Source: Candidatus Thorarchaeota archaeon
Lineage (GTDB): Archaea > Asgardarchaeota > Thorarchaeia > Thorarchaeales > Thorarchaeaceae
Direction of reading: 5' to 3'
DNA: 64,000 nt
Assembly (NCBI GenBank): GCA_048882485.1
Contig: JBHLRP010000010.1
Span: 8,431 to 72,430 of the forward strand
Position numbers and translations under genes: made by a program
The notes under the pieces: generated by a model
What the model was told of the DNA's origin: nothing
Database searches by the model: none
Seen by the model: only the letters and a program-made list of their open reading frames with translations
Shown: piece after piece, positions 29,423 to 40,008 of the stretch
Layout of the letters: every line of letters begins with the position of its first letter
Numbering within the stretch: the stretch's first letter is position 1

Positions 29423-30307
29423 CTACGGTTTCCAGAAATGCAGTAGGTACTCAAATGTTGTCGAGAGAGTGATGTAGTTGCTTGGCCATCCGAAAATCCC
29501 AGCCTTATTCACAATGTTCCTTCGATCCCAGATGATTGTATTCCTGAGTTCAAACCCTACATCTTGTAGCGCGTCGATGACATAGACATGCGCAGGTACT
29601 CTTTGACTCTTCCACCAATAATCAGTGATATTGATTACACAATGTCCTCTATAACGCATTTTGGGGAGAATTCCTTCGAAGATGGTCCCAATTGTTTCTG
29701 CGTATTTCCTCACATCCATAGTTCCGAGGTCTCTAGGATCATCAGAATATTGCTGTACCTCGAGATAATGTTCGTCTTTTCTCAGGTCTCCCCGCATGCT
29801 CTTGTTTCGTCTCTTTCTATTTAGCAAGTTCGCATAAGGAGGAGATGTGATGCACAGAGATACTGTTTCATCATTCAGATAGTCCTTTACATTATGCGCT
29901 TCGACACAAATTGCTAGCTGCGTTCCATTGTTCTTCTCCTGAGGCTTCACCCGTTCGTTAGAAATATCAACATATTCCTGCTTCAAATCAAAACCAACTG
30001 CATTTCTATTGGTGTCCTTTGCCGCCACAAGTGTGGTACCACTCCCCACAAATGGATCAATGACCAGTTCTCCTTTGTGCGTAAAGAGTTCAATGCATTT
30101 CTTGGGAAGTGCGATTGGGAAGACTGCGGGGTGGATTTTCTTATCCCTGATGTCGCGTTTCTCGTAGAAAAACTCCCAGACAGCAATCTGATGCTGCATC
30201 CACTCCTTTGCAGTCAAGCAATTGATATGATTTGGTGGACAATCGCAAGTTCTGGTGTAGTTGATATCTAGCGGTCCTGCAAGCTCTTCTCCAGACAATC
30301 GAATCAC
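29423..30307 (-). CDS. N4-cytosine/N6-adenine DNA methyltransferase (orphan)
   Basis: HPAVFP, DPFVGSGTT, ITSPPY. Confidence 0.85.
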   Translation of the reverse strand: MIRLSGEELAGPLDINYTRTCDCPPNHINCLTAKEWMQHQIAVWEFFYEKRDIRDKKIHPAVFPIALPKKCIELFTHKGELVIDPFVGSGTTLVAAKDTNRNAVGFDLKQEYVDISNERVKPQEKNNGTQLAICVEAHNVKDYLNDETVSLCITSPPYANLLNRKRRNKSMRGDLRKDEHYLEVQQYSDDPRDLGTMDVRKYAETIGTIFEGILPKMRYRGHCVINITDYWWKSQRVPAHVYVIDALQDVGFELRNTIIWDRRNIVNKAGIFGWPSNYITLSTTFEYLLHFWKP

Positions 30308-30358
30308 TACAATCAGGTAGAACTGGCATTTGGCCGTTTCGCCTTCAATGGATGAAAG

Positions 30359-30988
30359 CTAAATCAGGAGCTTCTTAGCCACTTCCACTGCACTGACTGC
30401 GTCCCTTCCAAATGCATCTGCGCCGGTTTGATCTACAACTTCCTGATTGACATCACATCCTCCTATCATGACACTGACCTTGTCACGAATGCCAGCTGCC
30501 TTCAAAGCATCGACAGTTTCTCGCATTACATCATGCGTCGTAGTGATAAGTCCACTCAAAGCTAAGATTGTGGCTCCTGTTTCCTTTAGCTTGTCAACGA
30601 ACTTCTCTGGCTCTACATCCTCACCCAAGTCATAGACCTCAAATCCATTAGACTTGAGAAATGCAACAACAAGGTTCTTGCCTATATAGTGGATGTCTCC
30701 CTTGACTGTTCCAATGACGACCTTGCCCTTCTCCTCTCCTGATTGAGTTTCCAAGAGTTTTGGTTCTAGGACTTCTAATGCTTTATTGAAGATCTCTGCA
30801 GACATCACAAGCTCAACCAGAAAGTACTCGTTTTCTGAGAATCGTTTGCCCACAATATCCATTCCCTCTTTTAGGGCTTCGAGGATTTTGAGCGGATTTC
30901 TACCTTCAGCAATCTGTTTCTCAACCATCTCTTGGACTGTAGTTTCTTCTAACTCAGCCAAGGCTTCTGTGAGTTCATTCATAGACAT
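30359..30988 (-). CDS. Corrinoid (cobalamin-binding) methyl-carrier protein
   Basis: GTVKGDIHYIGKN (DxHxxG), LSGL, GG. Confidence 0.9.
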   Translation of the reverse strand: MSMNELTEALAELEETTVQEMVEKQIAEGRNPLKILEALKEGMDIVGKRFSENEYFLVELVMSAEIFNKALEVLEPKLLETQSGEEKGKVVIGTVKGDIHYIGKNLVVAFLKSNGFEVYDLGEDVEPEKFVDKLKETGATILALSGLITTTHDVMRETVDALKAAGIRDKVSVMIGGCDVNQEVVDQTGADAFGRDAVSAVEVAKKLLI

Positions 30989-31109
30989 TGCACCATTCCT
31001 ATTCGATTGCCCGCCAACCTTGCATTCTTCTAGGTGCTTGAGTTATTCATTACACGCTCAGGGAAGCTCTCATGCAGCCTGCCATATATGTCTCATCATG
31101 CTGACGGCA

Positions 31110-32714
31110 TTATAGAGGCATCCTTGCCTCAAGTGTAGTCGCCCGAGCGAAGATCTTGTCGAAGTTTTCATACCTTGCCAGCTCAAGGTAGTTTGTCTTC
31201 TTGACAATCTCTTCAATCAATGTCCTCTCTTTGGTAGACAATAGCATTCTCTTAGCACCTTCTCCAGCTGCATTACCAACGGGAATCACCCTGTCTATGC
31301 CAATTGGGGGCAGAAGTCCGATACTAAGTGCATTCAATGGATCGATGTAGTTCCCAAATGCACCTGCTAGCAAGAGCTTGTCGATGTCCGATATCGCTAT
31401 CCCCGCAGATTCCATCAAGATGCTTGCTCCAGCAAGAATAGCTCCCTTTGCCAGCTGCACCTGTCTAACGTCTTTCTGCGTGAAAACAATCCGCCTTTCT
31501 GAGTTGTTCTCTACTGAATCGACGATGATGTAGGCCTTGCCCTCATCTGTATGAATTACTCTGGTTGAATCTAGCATCAGACCTCCGGGCTCAACAATGC
31601 CTGATTTTAGTAGCTGGGCTGTAGCATCTACAATAGCTGAACCACATAGGCCCTTAGGCAATACATTTCCGATGACGAAAATCTGAGGTTTCTCTTCTGG
31701 ATTCGCTATTGACAGATGCTCTATTGCTCCTTCTTGGCCTCTCATACCATGTTTAATCGTTGCACCTTCAAAGGCAGATCCCGCGGCAGCAGAGCAACAG
31801 AATAATTCCCCTCGAACAGAGAGAACAATCTCGCCATTTGTTCCAATGTCAATCCCCAGTACAATTTCGTCAGTGGCATCCAATCGTTGTGACAGAATGA
31901 ATCCAGCAGTATCTCCCCCTACAAATCCGGCAATATTTGGAGCAATGTATACACTTACCTTGGAATTAGACTTGATCCCCAATACCTCTCCGTTGGTATT
32001 GAGAGCATCACGCACTACTGGCTCAAAAGGGGACTTTCCCAAGGAGGTGGTGTCCAATCCTAGCATAAGGTGATGCATTGCAGGATTGCCAACAATAGAC
32101 AGTCTAGTGACAGTCTCAATGTTGATGCTAGTTGATGATGTCAACTCCATAATGAGTTCATCAAGCCTACGCAGGACAATGTCCCTGAGGGTCTTCGCAC
32201 CGCTTTCTTCAAGACTAGCATAAGTTATGCGGGACATAACGTCCTCACCATAGATGACTTGTGGATTGAGCGATGCCGTTTGTCCAAATTGAATTCCATT
32301 CTCCATGTTCATCAAGTATGCAACAATTGTTGTGGTTCCCAAGTCAATAGCGATGCCCATCTGACCGGCAAGACCATCGTCAATATGCCAATCCATAGGG
32401 CTCGCGGTCCCATCTATGAGTATCTTGGCTTTTGACGAATGTGGAATAACAACCCTTGCGTCAGTCAGTATTCTATGTTCACAGGCTAGCCGAACACCCC
32501 GCTCTATGTCTTCTTCTGATATGTGTTTCATGTCTTCTTGTGATGGTTCTGTGGCTGGCTCCATTGTAACGAAACACTTGCCACAGGTGCCTCTTCCAGC
32601 GCACTCGGATGAGATGTGCAGACCAAGTTTTCGTGCTGCATCCAAGACAGTTCTTGATTCCTCAACTGCAATCCGCAGCCCTGAAGGCTCGAAGATGACA
32701 TGTTTCTTTGGCAC
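31110..32714 (-). CDS. ATP-dependent corrinoid reductive activator (RACo/DUF4445, ASKHA) with N-terminal 2Fe-2S domain
   Basis: CAGRGTCGKC...RLAC, DLGTT, DIGTNGE, AFEG, GLCGS, LAGAFG, GNAA. Confidence 0.88.
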   Translation of the reverse strand: MPKKHVIFEPSGLRIAVEESRTVLDAARKLGLHISSECAGRGTCGKCFVTMEPATEPSQEDMKHISEEDIERGVRLACEHRILTDARVVIPHSSKAKILIDGTASPMDWHIDDGLAGQMGIAIDLGTTTIVAYLMNMENGIQFGQTASLNPQVIYGEDVMSRITYASLEESGAKTLRDIVLRRLDELIMELTSSTSINIETVTRLSIVGNPAMHHLMLGLDTTSLGKSPFEPVVRDALNTNGEVLGIKSNSKVSVYIAPNIAGFVGGDTAGFILSQRLDATDEIVLGIDIGTNGEIVLSVRGELFCCSAAAGSAFEGATIKHGMRGQEGAIEHLSIANPEEKPQIFVIGNVLPKGLCGSAIVDATAQLLKSGIVEPGGLMLDSTRVIHTDEGKAYIIVDSVENNSERRIVFTQKDVRQVQLAKGAILAGASILMESAGIAISDIDKLLLAGAFGNYIDPLNALSIGLLPPIGIDRVIPVGNAAGEGAKRMLLSTKERTLIEEIVKKTNYLELARYENFDKIFARATTLEARMPL

Positions 32715-32722
32715 AAGAATTC

Positions 32723-33649
32723 CTATCCTACTAGGTATCTCGGGTGTGGACGTTCCGGTCTGATACGCTCTTCTATCAAACTCCCAGATAAAGCAACATC
32801 AATCATGGCAACTGAGGGGAATACTACTGGGGCATGCTTGATTGGTCCATAAAGAACGAAATCCGCCCCTAAAGCTATAGGCATGAGATTGGACCCAACA
32901 AATGCAGGAGTCTTTGCGTCTTTTCCGAATTTCGGCACAAGACCATTCCACATTGCCACTGCATTGTGCGCTCCGCATCCAACAGGAAGACCAAACTTGT
33001 CCTTTATCATCATGAGTGCTCTACAAGCGAGTCCAAGGGTTGGAAGATCGACTACTCCTGTGTCAAACATTATGTTGTCGACTCCTACACTAGTCGCCTT
33101 GCCATATAGCTCATCAGCGAGCTCTGCTCTTTTCGTGGCTGAAGTCATCGCTACATTGGAGAATGTCAGGATGATAGCATTTCCGAGACCTACCTCTTCC
33201 ATTTTAGAATAGATTGCTTCATCATCATCCGGTGTGAGAGAGTTGAGAGCAACTCTATCAAGTAGGCCTGCGTCCTTTGCAATTTCGAGACCGGCGATAT
33301 TGACTTCAGCTGAGCCTGAACCATCGATTAGCAGAGGCATGTTAGTCACATCTGCTAGATATCGGAGATAATATTCCATTGCTTGAGGAGAGGATGCGAC
33401 CACATCAAGGACACTTGGAAGTCCAGTTCTCTCCGATATGTCGGCAAGTTGGGTCAACATCGTTTCAGTGCCTACCTTATCGATCTTTCCACTCTTAGCG
33501 TTCTTAACGAGTCTATCTTTGGAGTAGAAAATAGAGCCTACCATCACTGTTGGAATTAGGCCTGGAGTCCCGCCTATCTTTACAGATCCTATTTCCAATG
33601 TTTTCTGTTCAACACTATAGTTGTACACATTACAGGTCTCCAATTTCAC
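32723..33649 (-). CDS. MtrH/MtgA-like corrinoid:pterin methyltransferase
   Basis: KIGGTPG..PTVMVGSIFY, GLPVGCGAHN, GADFVLYGPI. Confidence 0.85.
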   Translation of the reverse strand: MKLETCNVYNYSVEQKTLEIGSVKIGGTPGLIPTVMVGSIFYSKDRLVKNAKSGKIDKVGTETMLTQLADISERTGLPSVLDVVASSPQAMEYYLRYLADVTNMPLLIDGSGSAEVNIAGLEIAKDAGLLDRVALNSLTPDDDEAIYSKMEEVGLGNAIILTFSNVAMTSATKRAELADELYGKATSVGVDNIMFDTGVVDLPTLGLACRALMMIKDKFGLPVGCGAHNAVAMWNGLVPKFGKDAKTPAFVGSNLMPIALGADFVLYGPIKHAPVVFPSVAMIDVALSGSLIEERIRPERPHPRYLVG

Positions 33650-33766
33650 TGCATTACTCCTCTCAGTAATCCAACCTACCCATGAATCTTTGGTTGAGAA
33701 CTAGTACTCATAGTAAGTGTTTAATGATGTTGTATTGATATCCGGTGAGTCTGGGAATGTGAAGCG

Positions 33767-35101
33767 ATGTACATCGACCAACAGCTATGCAAATCAAATG
33801 AGTGCAATAGGGACTGCATAGCGGCTTGTAATCGTTTACATAGTAAGGATCCATCGCTTGTTTTCGAAGAGGGTGTTGCTTATCCCAGAATTGTCAGAGA
33901 TTGCACAAACTGCCTGAGTTGTGTTAGAGCCTGCCCCTTTGGAGCGATTTCTAGCACTAGAATTGTAAAGGCTGGAAAATTGAAGGACCAGCAAGAGGCT
34001 TCTCGCAGGAAGGATTACACTCGGCCTTATCAGATAGATGATGAGCTTGAGCAGTTTCCTGAAAGAGACATGATATTCGCTCGAGTCTTCAATGATCCTG
34101 ACTTCGAATACTACGGTAAGCATGCCTTCTACGGTGGAGAGGCCATGGTTTCTCGAAACATACCAGGGTATGACCGATTTGAATATGAAAGAGCAGAAGC
34201 GGGTTGGAAGTTGTATGACAACAGAGCTGCTGTAGTAGGCCATCTTCTGGGAGACGCTCAAACTGACCCCGATTTAGAAAAGCGGGTTGAGTGGGGAGCT
34301 AGGAAATTCACTGATGAAATCAGGAGAGCTGCAAGAATCTACGGAGCTTCTCTTGTTGGCATCGCTGCTTTGGACAGAAGATGGTTGTACAGTGTTAACC
34401 GGCGTGGAGAGCCATATGATGTTCCTGAACGCTTCACTCATGCAATTGTGATGGCCATTGAAATGGACTATAAAGGCATCTCGAAGTCACCTGCATTTGC
34501 AAGTGCTACAAGTACTGCAGTTGGCTATTCAATGATGGCCTTTACTGAGATTGAGCTAACGGCCTTCATTAGGAGACTTGGATATGGCGCAATCCCCTGC
34601 GGGAATGATATAGCTCTCAGCGTCCCTCTTGCTATTGATGCAGGACTGGGTCAGTATGGACGGCATGGTCTGCTAATCACAAAGGAGTTTGGCCCGAGGG
34701 TCAGAATTGCCAAAGTTCTCACAGATATGCCCTTGCTAGACGATTCTCCGGATTATGGTTTCTGTGACGCTGTAATTCGTTTCTGCGAGGTGTGCGAGAA
34801 ATGTGCTCATCATTGCCCTTCGAAGTCAATTCCTGTTGGTAAAGATCGGGGTTGGTCTGGCGCCACCAAATCCAACAATCCGGGTATCAAGAAGTGGTTT
34901 GTGAATCCAGAAACCTGCTATGGCTTCTGGATTGAGAATGGGAGTGATTGCTCCAATTGCATAAGATCCTGTCCCTATAATAAGCAAGATGGACTACTTC
35001 ATCGCGCTGTGCTATGGGTTATCCGTTATTTCCCATGGCTGAATCGACTGATTTTGAAATTTGATGATATCATTGGCTATGGCAAACAAAGATGCCCCTG
35101 A
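33767..35101 (+). CDS. Reductive dehalogenase (RdhA-like) with N-terminal ferredoxin-like domain, no Tat signal
   Basis: GASLVGIA, AIVMAIEMD, PLAIDAGLGQYGRHG, FGPRVR..KVLTDMPL, FCEVCEKCAHHCP, C..CSNCIRSCPYNK; N-terminal CxxCxxCxxxCP. Confidence 0.85.
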   Translation: MYIDQQLCKSNECNRDCIAACNRLHSKDPSLVFEEGVAYPRIVRDCTNCLSCVRACPFGAISSTRIVKAGKLKDQQEASRRKDYTRPYQIDDELEQFPERDMIFARVFNDPDFEYYGKHAFYGGEAMVSRNIPGYDRFEYERAEAGWKLYDNRAAVVGHLLGDAQTDPDLEKRVEWGARKFTDEIRRAARIYGASLVGIAALDRRWLYSVNRRGEPYDVPERFTHAIVMAIEMDYKGISKSPAFASATSTAVGYSMMAFTEIELTAFIRRLGYGAIPCGNDIALSVPLAIDAGLGQYGRHGLLITKEFGPRVRIAKVLTDMPLLDDSPDYGFCDAVIRFCEVCEKCAHHCPSKSIPVGKDRGWSGATKSNNPGIKKWFVNPETCYGFWIENGSDCSNCIRSCPYNKQDGLLHRAVLWVIRYFPWLNRLILKFDDIIGYGKQRCP

Positions 35102-35236
35102 TATATGTCAAAAATCGACACATTCTTGCCCCAAATGATTTATCGCTACAGCTGAATATCTCTTATAATACAATGTCATTTAATTTACTTCCCAAATAGG
35201 GATAAACGCGTCCATATGACTGGAGACTAGGTTCCA

Positions 35237-37027
35237 ATGAGCAAAGGTGCGAGAAAACCATCTGGCTCTCCTGGCCTACGAGAGTTCAGAGAAATCGCAG
35301 AAGAATTTCCATTTGCAGTGTTGGAATCGAAGATGGACCTAAAACTTGTTTACATGAATGAATATGCTCAGCGCCTTCTTCGGGTCGATGACAAGAAACA
35401 CATCAAGGATTTGTCCATCAAGTCATTAATCCCGTCTGATTACAAGGGCCGCTTCAAAGATGCAATTAAGGAGTTGAAGAAGAGCAATCAGTTCATTGTG
35501 CAGACAATGTCACTTCAGAGACTAGATGGAACCACAATTGATGCTGAGCTTCGACTTCAGACAATTGGCAAGGGAATAGCTCGGAGATTACGAGTCTATG
35601 CAAACGATGTCAGCATAACAGGGTCTCTCTCTCCAAGTTTCCCTTTCAACGAAGAAATCCTTAGATCAATGATTGATAACACACATGAAGGCATTGCATT
35701 AATCGGCGATGATTTCAAAGTTGAATATGTTAATGCACAACTAGCCAAACTCTTTGGCGGAATGAAAGAGGATCTCATCGGGCACGATTTTAGGAGGTTT
35801 CTAACAAAAGAAGTAGCCACTCAAATGAGTGAAAGATATACTGAACGAAGAGATGGAAAGGAGGTTCCAGAAACCTATCCCGTTCAAATCCTCTCCAAGA
35901 ATCAGCTGCCCCTGATGGCTGATATCAGAGTTTCGTTGGTTAGAGCTTCCGATGGGTCCACAAAAACCCTCGTACACATCCTCGATATCACTGATAGACG
36001 TAGGGAACAGGAAGCTCTCGCGGAAACCGAGGAGCGCTATCGAGTTCTTGTTGAAACCATGAATGACGGATTGGCCATTGATGATGAAAAGAGCAGGCTT
36101 GTCTATGCCAATGAAGCATTCTGCGAAATGCTGGGCAGAACGCAGAAGGAACTGCTGGGTCAGGAGTGGGTTCAATTCGTCAAAGATCGAGGTCCAGGTT
36201 GGGTAAAAACCATGGTTGCTGAGCGGCGTTCTGGGAAAGGAGCTCGCTATGAACTTGAATGGGTACGGAAAGATGGGGAAACAGTTCCGACCATCATCTC
36301 AGCCACGCCATTATTTGGAGACGACGATATCTTCGATGGAACCTTCGCTGTTATCACAGAGATAACCGCACAAAGGGAGGCGGAGGATACAATTCAATTC
36401 TATCTGGATTTGCTTACTCATGATGTTGCGAACCAGCTTCAGGTGATCATCACAGCATCCGGCCTCCTGGATGTTGACTTACCAAGATCATATCTTGTTG
36501 ACGCTCAAAACGACATCTTGGACGCCGTAGAACGGTGCAACAGACTCATTACAAAAGTAAAGCGCGCAGGAGAGTTTAGAAGACTTCCAACAACGAAAAT
36601 TGAGCTTACAAGCATATTGGATGAGAAAATTAACACATTGGCACGAGTCCATGGTGCAACAGTTTTCCTTGAAGATATCGAGGCTCCTATATTCGTCAAA
36701 GCAGATACATTGCTTGGAGAGTTAATATGGAACCTTCTTGAGAATGCGGCGCGACATAATCCAAAAGAGAAGCCCCGAATCTGGGTTGGCGGCAGTAGGG
36801 AAAACGGGATGTACAAACTATCAATCTCTGATGACGGTCCTGGCATAAGCAGTGCCCGAAAGAAGACAATCTTTGACAAGCGAAAACATTCTGGCGGTGT
36901 TGGTCTGACTCTTGTGGCTCAGATGGTTCGCAAATATGGCGGGTCAATCGAAGTACAAGACCGTGTGCAGGGAAAACCGAGTCATGGTGCAAAATTCATT
37001 ATCTCTTTGCATGAACTAGAGATCTAG
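35237..37027 (+). CDS. Soluble PAS-domain histidine kinase
   Basis: Three PAS repeats; THDVANQL, NLLENA, DDGPGI, GGVGL. Confidence 0.88.
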   Translation: MSKGARKPSGSPGLREFREIAEEFPFAVLESKMDLKLVYMNEYAQRLLRVDDKKHIKDLSIKSLIPSDYKGRFKDAIKELKKSNQFIVQTMSLQRLDGTTIDAELRLQTIGKGIARRLRVYANDVSITGSLSPSFPFNEEILRSMIDNTHEGIALIGDDFKVEYVNAQLAKLFGGMKEDLIGHDFRRFLTKEVATQMSERYTERRDGKEVPETYPVQILSKNQLPLMADIRVSLVRASDGSTKTLVHILDITDRRREQEALAETEERYRVLVETMNDGLAIDDEKSRLVYANEAFCEMLGRTQKELLGQEWVQFVKDRGPGWVKTMVAERRSGKGARYELEWVRKDGETVPTIISATPLFGDDDIFDGTFAVITEITAQREAEDTIQFYLDLLTHDVANQLQVIITASGLLDVDLPRSYLVDAQNDILDAVERCNRLITKVKRAGEFRRLPTTKIELTSILDEKINTLARVHGATVFLEDIEAPIFVKADTLLGELIWNLLENAARHNPKEKPRIWVGGSRENGMYKLSISDDGPGISSARKKTIFDKRKHSGGVGLTLVAQMVRKYGGSIEVQDRVQGKPSHGAKFIISLHELEI

Positions 37028-37044
37028 TTCAACAAAATCCGATT

Positions 37045-37314
37045 TCAACTAATTAGACGCTTAATTCGGTCATAGAGCGATTCGAAGAATTCCTTCTTCC
37101 TAATGTCCTTATTTACATCAAAGAAACTGGTCTTAATGCGGTACAGCTTTCTCTTCAGATCCTGATACTTCTTTAGTCTGCCTCGATGGACATTCTTCTC
37201 AAAGACATCTGCCACAGCCTCAGGAAAGTCATCGATATACTGACACTGTTTCAGTTGAATGTGAAAAAGAGTGCTCTGAATTATTGCGTTTCTGTTGGTA
37301 CTCTGACTCACCAT
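37045..37314 (-). CDS. Small basic hypothetical protein
   Basis: ORF fills the gap; no motif recognised. Confidence 0.45.
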   Translation of the reverse strand: MVSQSTNRNAIIQSTLFHIQLKQCQYIDDFPEAVADVFEKNVHRGRLKKYQDLKRKLYRIKTSFFDVNKDIRKKEFFESLYDRIKRLIS

Positions 37315-37512
37315 TGCACACGTCCCCGCTTATGATGACCTAATAGTTCCTCTTAAAGGTTATAGTAACGTCCTTCGAGATTTCGAGCTATTCTGTTCTT
37401 ATTCGAATAGTCTCACTAGAAAAGAGCATGTATTCTCTCGTGAATATTCACAGGTTTACAGGGGAAGTTATATCCATCATATGTAATCCAGTGTTGAGGC
37501 TGGACATTACTT

Positions 37513-38205
37513 ATGCGAATTGCATCTATAATTGACATCAGCTTGGTAGATGTCCCAGGAATTCCCGTGACAGTCATATTCACTGGTGGCTGCAATTTCG
37601 ATTGTCCCTATTGTCAGAACGCCGAAATAATACCTCATGATTCCGGAATTGAGATGTCCATTGAAGAGATAGTCCAGAAAACCACTGGAAACCTTGTGGA
37701 TGGGTTCTGTGTAACGGGAGGCGAACCTACAATCCATCAAGACCTGCCCGAAATGCTCAAAGCTTTGAAATCTACAGGACTGCATGTGAATCTGAATACG
37801 CAGGGCTCAGTCCCATCTATCCTCGAGAAATGCCTTCCCTTCTTGGACTCGGTCTGGTTTGACATAAAAGCTCCTCCTGCCAACTATACGCGCATCAGTA
37901 GAACTACAGCAGATCCATGGTCCAAGGTTGTGGATTCGATGAAGCTCTTGATCTCTTCTGATGTGGAATTCTGGCCTCGTACAACCTTCACAGGAAGTCT
38001 GCTCTCATCTGCTGACATCACAGCTATCGCTCACGAGCTTGATGATTTGGGTTTCAGTGGCGAGTATGTAGTCCAAAACTATGTGGCGTCTTCAGGGGTT
38101 AGGCAATCAGAAAAGGCCTATCTGGAAGTCCCAGATATTTCCGAGCTTGAGGCTGCCACACAGGATGTTCCCGGCAGAATAGAGGTGCGACTTGAGTGGC
38201 GGTGA
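37513..38205 (+). CDS. Radical SAM protein, anaerobic RNR-activating (NrdG-like) family
   Basis: GCNFDCPYCQN, VTGGEPT, LNTQG. Confidence 0.8.
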   Translation: MRIASIIDISLVDVPGIPVTVIFTGGCNFDCPYCQNAEIIPHDSGIEMSIEEIVQKTTGNLVDGFCVTGGEPTIHQDLPEMLKALKSTGLHVNLNTQGSVPSILEKCLPFLDSVWFDIKAPPANYTRISRTTADPWSKVVDSMKLLISSDVEFWPRTTFTGSLLSSADITAIAHELDDLGFSGEYVVQNYVASSGVRQSEKAYLEVPDISELEAATQDVPGRIEVRLEWR

Positions 38206-38295
38206 GCCTCAGCAAAAGGAATCCAAGAACAAACACACAGACAAGCTTTTAAGATTCAGATTTGGGTTTCAAAATAGTGGAGTGTTTATTATAGC

Positions 38296-39048
38296 ATGTT
38301 TGGTCCTACACAGAGTATGGGCTATGACCGAGCGATTACGGTGTTTAGCCCTGAAGGCCGATTATATCAAGTCGAGTATGCAACCGAGGCTGTTCGTCAT
38401 GGGCCTCTTGCTGTTGGAGTTAAGGCTACTGATGGCGTAGTCTTGGCTGGAGAGAAGCGCTCTCCCCACACTTTGGTTGATCTTGATACCCTTAAGAAAA
38501 TCCTGCTCATTGATGACCACGTCGGAACTGCAATCGCTGGTCTGCATGCTGATGCTAGAAAGCTAATCGACCAGGCGCGAGTGCAAGCCCAGGTTAACCG
38601 TTTGAGCTATGATGAACCCATCTCGATTCAATCACTTGTAGTCAACATTTGTGACACTAAGCAATTACATACACAGTACGGAGGAGTCCGCCCATTCGGA
38701 GTGTCGCTCCTAGTCGGTGGTGTTGACCATGATGGTCCCCAGCTATACACTACAGATCCCTCTGGCTCTTTCTGGGGTTGGAAGGCTGCAGCTATTGGCA
38801 GAGAAGCAGATGATGTTCGTGAATTCTTCAAAGAGAGCCTCAAAGACAAGGAGGAACTCTCTCTGCCCGAAGCAACTGACCTAGCCCTTAGAGGACTTCT
38901 AAAAAGTGGCGAAATCGCAAGTCTTGAACCTGCAGAGCGACCTCGAAGGGTAGAGATTGGAAAGATCGATATCGAGGAACGAATCTTCAAGCCTCTATCA
39001 TTGGAGGAGGTTGAAGCGGCTCTTGGCTCAATCAGCGCAGAGGATTGA
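38296..39048 (+). CDS. psmA: Proteasome alpha subunit
   Basis: GYDRAITVFSPEGRLYQVEYA, RPFGVSLL, DPSG. Confidence 0.95.
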   Translation: MFGPTQSMGYDRAITVFSPEGRLYQVEYATEAVRHGPLAVGVKATDGVVLAGEKRSPHTLVDLDTLKKILLIDDHVGTAIAGLHADARKLIDQARVQAQVNRLSYDEPISIQSLVVNICDTKQLHTQYGGVRPFGVSLLVGGVDHDGPQLYTTDPSGSFWGWKAAAIGREADDVREFFKESLKDKEELSLPEATDLALRGLLKSGEIASLEPAERPRRVEIGKIDIEERIFKPLSLEEVEAALGSISAED

Positions 39049-39062
39049 GTGTTTTCTTGAAC

Positions 39063-40001
39063 CTATACCCGAGCCTGTTTAATCATCCTGTCAACTATAA
39101 GGCTTGCAATATCCTTTCCAGTGACTCGAGACAATGCACTCCATGATGGTGCTGCATTTGCTTCAATGACGCATGGGCCATCAGGAGACTCCAGTATATC
39201 TACGCCAGTGTAGTCGAGCTTCAAAGTTTCTGCAGCCTTTATCGCGCACTCTTTATACTCCAGATCAAGCTCCGCAATCTTCGCACGCCCCCCTCCATGA
39301 ACATTAGTTCTCCATTCATCGCTTTTCCCTTCAGGAAGATATCTGTACATTGCTCCAACCAATTGATTCCCTATCACAAACGCTCGAATATCCCGATTTG
39401 GCTTTGGTATCATTTCCTGCACATACAAGACTTGCCCCAACTGATGAATGAACTTCATCGCCCTGTAATTCAGTTCCCTGTTCTGTGCTCGGATTGATCC
39501 TAGGCCTCTTGCTCCAATTAGTGGCTTGATTACTACATCACCGACCTCATCAGCAAAATCAATTGCAGCCTCTAAATTCTCTCCAATGAAGGTTCTTGGC
39601 ACTTTGATGCCAGCCTTATGAAGTGCAGTCAGTGTGGCATACTTGTCCTTGGCTCTTCTGAATGAATAAGCTGGATTCATTACATAGATTCCTGCATCCT
39701 CAAAGTGTTCAAGTAAGCTGATTCTGAACGTGATTTGGTCACCATTACCGAAACCAACAGTTCTAACCATCACACCGTCCAAGGTGGACATATCTTCATT
39801 CTCCAGGTGTGTAAACCTGTGAGGCAGTTCAGCAGCCACATCCGGGAGTCGAAATGGCCTAGGAATATGTCCCTTAGCTTTTATGGCTTCCATTAGGCTT
39901 GCAGTAGCCCAATTATTCACATTCTCATGATATACAATCCCGAATTGAGCCAAGATCATCAATCCTTTCGAGGAGGTCGTCTGGCTTGATGCGTTTTTCA
40001 A
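39063..40001 (-). CDS. RimK-family ATP-grasp ligase (CofF/MptN-like)
   Basis: DKY, VVIKP..G.RG.G, YVQE, DIR, WRTN.HGGG, GVD, EAN..P. Confidence 0.82.
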   Translation of the reverse strand: MKNASSQTTSSKGLMILAQFGIVYHENVNNWATASLMEAIKAKGHIPRPFRLPDVAAELPHRFTHLENEDMSTLDGVMVRTVGFGNGDQITFRISLLEHFEDAGIYVMNPAYSFRRAKDKYATLTALHKAGIKVPRTFIGENLEAAIDFADEVGDVVIKPLIGARGLGSIRAQNRELNYRAMKFIHQLGQVLYVQEMIPKPNRDIRAFVIGNQLVGAMYRYLPEGKSDEWRTNVHGGGRAKIAELDLEYKECAIKAAETLKLDYTGVDILESPDGPCVIEANAAPSWSALSRVTGKDIASLIVDRMIKQARV

Positions 40002-40008
40002 TTTAAAG

